This document shows, piece by piece, positions 25,226 through 32,391 of a stretch of 32,391 nt of DNA. Positions within the stretch are counted from its first letter, which is position 1. Each line of letters starts with the position of its first letter. The position numbers and the translations under genes were made by a program. This DNA comes from Octopus bimaculoides (lineage: Eukaryota), in NCBI RefSeq assembly GCF_001194135.2, contig NC_068993.1, positions 52,578,575-52,610,965 on the forward strand, written 5' to 3'. Below the pieces are notes generated by a model. The model ran no database searches. It had not been told where the DNA came from and saw only the letters and a list, made by a program, of their open reading frames with translations.

Positions 25226-25394
25226 TGAGGTGTAAATAAAAGCTATCAGACTCATCTGATGGGTTATTGTTTTTGTTGTTTTTTGTCTTTTTTTATATTT
25301 CTGCTACAAGTATTGCATTATGTTTCTGGAGAAGGCGTTTAACTCTACTTACCTTGATAAAAAAAAAGGCTTAAAGCCTGGTTATTAAGCGATC

Positions 25395-25438
<44 letters not shown>

Positions 25439-25455
25439 TATTATTATTATTATCA
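25035..25455. repeat. (AAT)n/(CAT)n/(ATT)n microsatellite cluster
   Basis: Seen directly. Confidence 0.9.
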
Positions 25456-25699
25456 TAACTGTTGTTGTTGCTATTGTTTCTCCTGGTTTCTAGAAAATTT
25501 CATCTTGGTTCACTTTGTTCAATGCAAAAGAAATACAACTAAAATGGGAAAAATAAACTAATTCTAATTTTAATATTTCTTTTCATTTTGTTCTGTTTTA
25601 TTTTACTGTTTTCATTTCTAAAATATTGTTTGAAACTGGATTCATACTGGGTTTTCTACAGCGACTGATATTATTAAACCAGCAAATGCTGATGACCTG

Positions 25700-25895
25700 G
25701 ACAAGTTGTTAGCATGCTGGAAAAAAATGCTTGACAGCATTTCGTCCAGCTCTTTCCCTTCTGGGTTCAAATGCTGCTGAAGTCGACTTTACCTTTGTTT
25801 CTTCCCAGGTCGATAAAATAAATAGATGTAGATGTAATCGGCTTACTCCTTCCCTTAAAAATTGCTTGCCCTTCTACCAAAATTTCAAAGAATTA
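25700..25895 (+). mobile_element. tRNA-derived SINE, diverged
   Basis: gttagcatgctgg...ttctgggttcaaatgctgctgaagtcgacttt...gtcgataaaataa. Confidence 0.75.
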
Positions 25896-25901
25896 TTTAG
25901 A

Positions 25902-26120
25902 AGGAGGCAAGCTGATAGTATCATTAGTACAGCAGGTAAAATGATTGGTGGCATTTTGTCCATCTTTATGTTCTGAGTTCAAATTTCACTGAGGTCAACT
26001 TTGCATTTTATCCTTTCATGGGTCACTGGAAATAAGTACCATTTGAGGACTGAGGTTGATGTAATCGACTATCCTCCTCCACCAAAATTTCAACCTTTGT
26101 ACATATGGTAGAAAACATAA
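25902..26120 (+). mobile_element. tRNA-derived SINE, diverged
   Basis: ttctgagttcaaatttcactgaggtcaactttgc...aagtacca...gatgtaatcgact. Confidence 0.8.
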
Positions 26121-26214
26121 AGCATTATTCAAGTAGCAAATTAGTAAAGTTGTTTATCACCGTCAATGCTTATGTAAGCAAAAATTAAATTGTGACACAA
26201 AAGACTATTTAAAT

Positions 26215-26370
26215 GGCCTACAAATAATAATTGACTCCAAAAGAATGAAAAATAAAGTTGATCTTGACGAGATTTGAACTCAGGATGCTGGGGGAGATAA
26301 AAAAATCACTGCAAGGCATTCTATCCAAGTCTCTAATGACTCTTTGATAACAATATAACTGTCGCCTTGA
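26215..26370 (-). mobile_element. tRNA-derived SINE 5' half, diverged
   Basis: aaagttgatcttgacgagatttgaactcag is the reverse complement of the B-box region; 14-bp direct repeat ttgataacaatata at the head. Confidence 0.6.
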
Positions 26371-26689
26371 TAACAATATAGATGATTGTTATTGTTGTTG
26401 TTGTTAGCATAAGGAAGCCACCTTAAATTCTCTGTTGTTATACCAATGCAAGAAACGTTTTCAGGTGTCTGGTACAGTAGAGAGGTGAGTTTTAATTTGA
26501 TGTTGTATCCATGTCACATCACTTATATTCATCCTCGGGGAATCTATGAATGTCACACACTCTCTCAGATTTTCTCCTCATCCCATCCCTCCTCCGTCTT
26601 TCTCAACTTAGGCATTTTGTTACTACAAAAAAGAAAATAATAATAAAGCATTGTTTTTGAGCATAATGAAATGGTGTTATTTGTCATTG

Positions 26690-26870
26690 ATGGTGGTGGT
26701 GATAATGATGATGGTGATGACGATGATGATAATGATGACAACAAAGCTAATGATGATAATGAAGGTAATAATGAGGATGATGGCAATTATGATAATGATA
26801 ATGAAGAAGATGGTGATGATGATAATGATGTTAATGGCAATGATAACGATGATGATGATGATGATGATGT
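26690..26870. repeat. Degenerate (GAT)n low-complexity tract
   Basis: Seen directly; gives the D-, M- and I-rich pseudo-ORFs. Confidence 0.9.
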
Positions 26871-27433
26871 TGATTATAGTTATTTCCTTTCCACTGAACA
26901 CTGAACCTTAATGCAATGAACTTGCCACCATTTTCCACAAATGTGAAGTAAAAATAAAACAAAATAAAATAAACTAAAAACAAAGATTAATAACCAACAG
27001 TATAACCTACAGACTCCAGCCACTGACATTACAGCCTCACTGTCTAACATGGCAACACTGGTCTAAATTTAGCATTTGCCAATGTCGACGTGATCTGTGC
27101 TGTAATCACTAAAGCCTTCAATTGTAATAACCTTGTAATACGGCAACTTTAGTCTTGTTAGATGTTATACTCATCGATATTGAATTGAGCTAATGATGAT
27201 CTAACAGCCCCCCCCACACACACACACATCCACACACTCTTTACATATGCATGTACATATACACATGCACACAACCCAACTCTGGTTCATACATGTTCAT
27301 ATTTCACTGCACCATTGCTTGGGAGATAAAAAGCAAGATATGCATAAACTTCACTGAGCTCCCATAGAAAAAAAAAAATGTAAGGATTTATATGTTACTG
27401 TTGCTGTCGAGTAAACTTATGGTGTTATTTTCT

Positions 27434-27700
27434 ATAGGTGCAGGTCTGGCTGCATGGTATGTTTGCTTCTCAACTAGATGGTTGCAGGTTCAGTCCCATT
27501 GCATGGCACTTTGGGCAAGTGTCTTCTACAATAGCCTCAGGCCAACTAAAGCTTTATGTGTTAATTTGGTAGATGGAAACTGAAAGAAGCTCATTGTATA
27601 TATATATATGTATGTACGTGTGTGTTTGTCCTCCACCACCACTTGACAACAAGTGTTGGTGTGTTTACATCCCTGTAACTTAGTGGTTCGGCAAAAGAAT
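27434..27700 (+). mobile_element. tRNA-derived CORE-like SINE (second family), 3'-truncated
   Basis: ggttcagtccc B-box, ttgggcaagtgtcttctac CORE-like block and internal (TA)n; similar to 29525-29924 and 30315-30467. Confidence 0.8.
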
Positions 27701-27734
27701 TATTTGGAAGAAGGCAAGCTGATAGTATCATTAG

Positions 27735-27982
27735 GTGGCATGTAAAAAGCACCATTCGAGTGTGGTTGATGCCAGTACCGCCTGACTGACTCTCGTGCCA
27801 GTGGCATGTAAAAGGCATCCCCTACACTCTTGGAGTGGTTGGTGTTAGGAAGGGCATCGAGCTGTAGCAACTTTGCCAGATCAGATTGGAGCCTGGTGCA
27901 GCCTTCTGGCTTGCCAGTCCCCAGTCAAACCGTCCAACTCATGCCAACATGGAAAGCAGACAAATGTTTATGATGATGATCA
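27735..27982 (+). mobile_element. LINE 3' UTR fragment with (GAT)n tail (RTE-like family)
   Basis: ggcatgtaaaaagcacc...gttaggaagggcatc...catgccaacatggaaagcagac...tgatgatgat. Confidence 0.8.
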
Positions 27983-28037
27983 GATAAAATGGTTAATGGT
28001 ATTTCAGATATGCTCTGTTATCAATATTTATATTGAC

Positions 28038-28272
28038 AAGGCGGCGAGCTGGCAGAATCGTTAGCACGCCGGGCGAAATGCTTAGCGGTATTTCGTCTGC
28101 TGTGACGTTCTGAGTTCAAATTCCGCCGAGGTCGATTTTGCCTTTCATCCTTTTGGGGTCGATAAATTAAGTACCAGTTACGCACTGGGGTCGATGTAAT
28201 CGACTTAATCCATTTGTCTGTTCTTGTTTGTTCCCTCTATGTTTAGCCCCTTGTGGGCAGTAAAGAAATAGG
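28038..28272 (+). mobile_element. Near-intact young tRNA-derived SINE, octopus-type family
   Basis: aaggcggcgagctggcagaatcg (A-box), ctgagttcaaattcc (B-box); many CpGs retained. Confidence 0.92.
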
Positions 28273-28445
28273 TATTTCATCCATCTTTATGTCCTGAGTT
28301 CAAATTTCACTGAGACCGAGAGAATGAGTACCAGGTTTAAAATAAAAAAATAAGTACTGGAGTCAATTCATTTAACTACAAATTCTTCAAGGTGGTGCCC
28401 CAGCATGGCTGCAGTCTGATTATTGAAATTTGTCAAAGATAAAGT
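28273..28445 (+). mobile_element. Chimeric old SINE fragments
   Basis: ctgagttcaaatttcactgag body joined to aagtactggagtcaattc...ggtggtgccccagcatggctgcagtc tail. Confidence 0.65.
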
Positions 28446-28454
28446 CAATATCAA

Positions 28455-28658
28455 TATTCTTTTCTACTCTAGGCACAATGCTGAAATTTTGGGGAAGGTG
28501 GCCAGTCGATTAGATTGACCTCAGTACGCAACTGGTATGCCGAAAGGATGAAAGGCAAACTCAACCTTGGTGGAATTTGAACTCAGAATGTAAAGACAGA
28601 TGAAATACCACTAAGCATTTTGCCTAGCTTGCTAACGTTTCTGTCAGCTTGCCGCCTT
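28455..28658 (-). mobile_element. tRNA-derived SINE, inverted relative to 28038-28272
   Basis: gaaaggatgaaaggcaaactcaaccttggtggaatttgaactcag...gccgcctt. Confidence 0.88.
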
Positions 28659-28769
28659 GTCAATATAAATATTGATAACAGAGCATATCTGCATATCTCT
28701 CTCTCTCTCTCTGAGTCCGACTAAATATATATATATATATATATACATACATATATACACACACACATA

Positions 28770-28832
28770 AATGAAATGCCGCTAAGCATTTTGTCCAGTG
28801 TGTTAATGATTCTGCCAACTCATCACCTTTGT
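28770..28832 (-). mobile_element. SINE head fragment
   Basis: gaaatgccgctaagcattttgtccagtgtgttaatgattctgccaactcatcacctt. Confidence 0.75.
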
Positions 28833-29241
28833 TCTATTATTTAGTCGGACTCAGAGAGAGAGAGAGATATGCAGACATATAACCACACATCTTTATATAA
28901 CAAATAAATATATATATAAACAGATCAACAACACCTACAAGAAAAGAAAGAAAGATATTTTTATAGGTTGTTTACCATAAAGTCAATGTTTAGCTTATTT
29001 TCATAAAACAAGTTTTCATTGATAACTACTTCTGGTTTCATGTTAACCTTTACAGTCCCTAAATTTGACCTTTACAAATTACTAGTTTGGTTAAAAACAA
29101 CTCATTATTTCAATTCATCTATCTCTGCTTCTCTTTTCTTTACATCTGATTGGCTGGAAATTTCACATACTCTTTCCGTATGCATATGAACAAATAATAT
29201 ACATACATATCTCTTTATTTACCTATCTATCTATCTATATA

Positions 29242-29275
<34 letters not shown>

Positions 29276-29284
29276 AATATATAT

Positions 29285-29420
29285 ATAAAACGAAGACAGA
29301 CAAGTGAGAGGACAACAAACAAAATGTATTAGTTTGATGCTCAGAGAAAGTCGAAGAGGCTTTGAAGTTTTGAGCATGTACTCTTCAGCAGAAAGGAATG
29401 AGGAAAGAAAACATCAAGAG
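29285..29420 (-). mobile_element. Probable Penelope-like terminal fragment with decayed hammerhead-like core
   Basis: Minus strand reads cctttctgctgaagagtacatgctcaaaac; an inverted homologue lies at 30525-30650. Family assignment is from recognition. Confidence 0.45.
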
Positions 29421-29524
29421 AGAGTGGGGGGGAAATGGTGAGATAAAAATGTCTGGTTTAATGGATTTACATGTATATATACACATATTTGTAAACATGT
29501 ATACGTGCATATGTATTTTTTAAA

Positions 29525-29699
29525 TTTATTTCAGTCATTTGCCTGCGGCCATGCTGGAGCACCGCCTTTAGTCAAACAAATCAACCCCAGGACTTATTCT
29601 TTGTAAGCCTAGTTACTTATTTTATCGGACTCGATTTCCGAACCGCTAAGCTACGGGACACAAACACACCAACATCGGTTGTCAAGCAATGGTGGGGTG

Positions 29700-29761
<62 letters not shown>

Positions 29762-29924
29762 GATGGGCTTCTTTCAGTTTCCATCTACCAAATCCATTCT
29801 CAAGGCTTTGGTTGGTCTGAGGCTATAGCAGAAGACACTTGCCCAAGTTGCCATGCAGTGGGACTGAACCCAGAATCATGTGATTGGTAAGCAAGCTACT
29901 TACCACACAGCCACTCCTGCACCT
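29525..29924 (-). mobile_element. Full-length CORE-like tRNA SINE with internal (TA)n
   Basis: Head aggtgcaggagtggctgtgtggtaag, B-box ggttcagtccc, CORE-like ttgggcaagtgtctt and 3' end ctccagcatggccgcagg. Confidence 0.88.
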
Positions 29925-29956
29925 ATATATATATTGTATACATATATGAGTGTATA

Positions 29957-30260
29957 TCAGCATCGTCATCATTTAATATCCATGTTCCATGTAGGCATGA
30001 GTTGAATGATTTGACAGGATTACACAGACCCATGGATTGTATCTTTAGCCTGTGTCTGCTTTGACATGGTTTCTACAACTGGATGCTGTTTCTCACACCA
30101 ACTACATTTCAAAGTGTACTAGGAGTTTACTTCATGTCACCAGCATTAATAAGGTCACAATGCAGCCTGTGAGCTAAGATCCCCGTTAATTGAAAGAAGT
30201 ATCTTTATGCTAGATGAGGGGCCAGAAGATAGCGGGTTTCTTGCTGTAGAGGAGCTACAG
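29957..30260 (-). mobile_element. LINE 3' UTR fragment (RTE-like family)
   Basis: catcgtcatcatttaatatccatgttccatg...catggtttctacaactggatgc...ggtttcttgctgtagaggagctac. Confidence 0.7.
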
Positions 30261-30314
30261 AGTTATTCACATTATACAAGAGAAGATTGGAGTGGATAGA
30301 TATCTATGTATATG

Positions 30315-30467
30315 TGTGTGTTAAGAAGCTTGCTTCCCAATCACATGGGTCTGGGTTCAGTCCCACTGCATGGCACCTCAGGCAAGTGTCTTTTACTATA
30401 GCCTTGGGTCAACCAAAACTTTGTAAGTTGATCTGATAGACAGAAACTGAAAGAAGCTCATTGTACA
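30315..30467 (+). mobile_element. CORE-like tRNA SINE 5' half
   Basis: aagcttgcttcccaatcacatgggtctgggttcagtcccactgc...ggcaagtgtc...actgaaagaagc. Confidence 0.82.
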
Positions 30468-30524
30468 GATATTCTATATATAAACACACATATGTGTGTA
30501 TATATACATATCATTCTGTTTATT

Positions 30525-30650
30525 TTCTCTCATTCCTTTCTGTTGAAGAGCATAGGCTCAAAATGTAAAAGGCTTTCATTTTTCTCGAGTGTCAAACTAA
30601 TACACTTGCTTGTTGTTCATACATCTGTCTTCATCTTTTGATTTTCTATA
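30525..30650 (+). mobile_element. Probable Penelope-like terminal fragment with decayed hammerhead-like core
   Basis: ttcctttctgttgaagagcataggctcaaaatgt; inverted homologue of 29285-29420. Confidence 0.45.
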
Positions 30651-30667
30651 AATTTCGACTATATATG

Positions 30668-30723
<56 letters not shown>

Positions 30724-30731
30724 TATACACA

Positions 30732-30751
30732 CAGGGTGTCCCAAAAGTCAC
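30732..30751 (+). mobile_element. Possible solo Tc1/mariner-type TIR
   Basis: cagggtgtcccaaaagtcac directly after a (TA)n/(CA)n tract; no partner TIR seen in the window. Confidence 0.3.
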
Positions 30752-30829
30752 TAATGGATTTCAATTTTTAATAACTAACATTACAAATAAATGTATGAAA
30801 TTTTGATAGAATATAGAGATTGATTTTAT

Positions 30830-30900
30830 TTGACTAAAACCCTTCAAGGTTGTGCCCCAGCATGGCCACAAGTCAATGACTGAAATGGGTAAAAGATGAG
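30830..30900 (+). mobile_element. SINE 3' tail fragment
   Basis: ttgactaaaacccttcaaggttgtgccccagcatggccacaagtcaatgactgaaa. Confidence 0.65.
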
Positions 30901-31329
30901 AAAAAAGATGAAAAATAATACTATTCCCTCACCCATAATTTTATTAATCACCCATTGATCACAGGAACGAAGGTAAGAAAATAGGGAGAATGGCAAAAGA
31001 TGAAATAAAGTGAGAGAGAGTAATAAGCTTAAATATGAGATGGAGGAACAAAGTGGTTGTCATGAGAGAAATGGACAGCCAAATGGACCACCAAATGAAT
31101 CACCAAATGGACTGCAAAATAATTTCTCCCCCACCATCACCACCGCCACCATACTTCTCATCCCACCTTGTACATTGCACCTGTTGTTTACTTTATCATC
31201 ATCTTCCTGTTTACTCTATCATCGTTCTGCTACTATCAGACATCCCTACTCCCCTACATATTCCAGGCACCTCTGCCCCACTCATTCCTACCCATACCAT
31301 ACCTTGAAGGTCCACACTGACATCTCATC

Positions 31330-31690
31330 GACTCTTTTTATCACTTTCCAGCTCTCTTCTAAAATGTGAGTTGTCATGTAGCTCCTTTACAACAAGAAAC
31401 CTGTTCTGCTCTGGCTCTTTCCTATCAAACGTCATCCCTCTCTGCTCCTCACCGCCAAGCATAAAGTTGCTCTCTTTGAGGTTCATAATGCTGCAAGCTC
31501 CATCGTGAGTTCATTGGTACTGGTGGCACAAATAAAACACCCAGTACAGGAAGGGTGTACAGCCATAGAAACCATAGCAAAGCAGACACAAGAGCATAAT
31601 GCAGTTTTGGGGCCCATCACATCTGGTCAAACCATCCAACCGATGTCAGCATGGAATACGGACATTAAATGTTGATGAAGATGACGATTA
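31330..31690 (+). mobile_element. LINE 3' UTR fragment with (GAT)n tail (RTE-like family)
   Basis: gtagctcctttacaacaagaaacc...aggaagggtgtacagccatagaaacc...cagcatggaatacggacattaaatgttgatgaagatg. Confidence 0.7.
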
Positions 31691-31719
31691 TGAAACTGCT
31701 GCTGCTGACAACTCCGCCG

Positions 31720-32391
31720 TCGCTGCCAATGGTGGTGGTGGTGGTGGTGATGATGATGGATTGAAAATTTAAAGAAGTAATTGAACATGCGAAAACATGG
31801 TGAATTTGAGAACAAGATGGAAGCTAAAACTGATTAAAATATGATTCAAAACATTGTTAAGACATTGTTAAAATTGATTGTGGGCTTTTGTTTGTTTATG
31901 CAATCAATAATCCTTTAGATTCACCACTACTACCACCATAACCACCAACAACAACAACAGTAACAATACTAAGACCAGCATCAGCACCAAAACTTCCACC
32001 ACTACCAACACCAACACCACCACCATCACTATCAACTACAACGCCATCATCAAAACCACCCCACCATCACTACCATCACAAAAAGCATCACCACTACCAC
32101 TACAATAATCACCAACACCACCACCGCCATCATCACTACAATCAAAAACCATCATCACTACCATCACAATAACCACCACCAACACCACTACCATCACAAC
32201 CACCATCACCAACACCACCATCACCACCATCAACAACATCACCATCGCCATCACAAACACAACCATTACCACACGTTTATTTTGTAATGTATTTTTGAAG
32301 TGTAATTTATCATACGACAGATTACCCACTTAACAACGCCCCCCACCACCACCACCACCACCACTGCCTCATCCCAACCACCTCACAATCA
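31720..32391. repeat. Degenerate (CAC/CAT/AAC)n low-complexity tract, plus (GGT)n at about 31730
   Basis: Seen directly; gives the V/M-rich pseudo-ORF. Confidence 0.9.

Noticed and set aside
26671-26904. Asp-rich 77-aa ORF as a biomineralisation-type protein
   Set aside because: It is a degenerate (GAT)n tract open in several frames on both strands, with no signal peptide or convincing splice context.
31035-31307. Reflectin-like MD repeats
   Set aside because: The period is 4 aa rather than the MD(X)5 spacing of reflectin motifs, and the Tyr/Arg/Met-rich composition is missing.
32036-32329. V/M-rich membrane-like ORF
   Set aside because: It is a translation of the (CAC/CAT)n low-complexity tract.

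Overview
AT-rich, microsatellite-dense eukaryotic scaffold with five N gaps. The interspersed repeats match families I recognise from octopus genomes, so the source is probably Octopus or another coleoid cephalopod; this is recognition, not a database result. There is no intact long ORF, no RNA gene and no gene I can name. Almost every ORF in the track is a microsatellite, low-complexity or N-gap artefact. The window looks mostly intronic or intergenic, with a few candidate short minus-strand exons (best: 18847-18960 and 21438-21481). Repeats include many tRNA-derived SINEs (densest at 24.7-31 kb), 3' ends of RTE-like LINEs, Penelope-like terminal fragments and two R4/Dong-like retroposon ends, each inside a (TAA)n tract. 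The most unusual signals are: short near-exact inverted or displaced copies of neighbouring DNA at SINE 5' ends, a decayed hammerhead-like core in the Penelope-like fragments, and several long hairpins or inverted repeats. I found no convincing evidence of a new multi-gene system.
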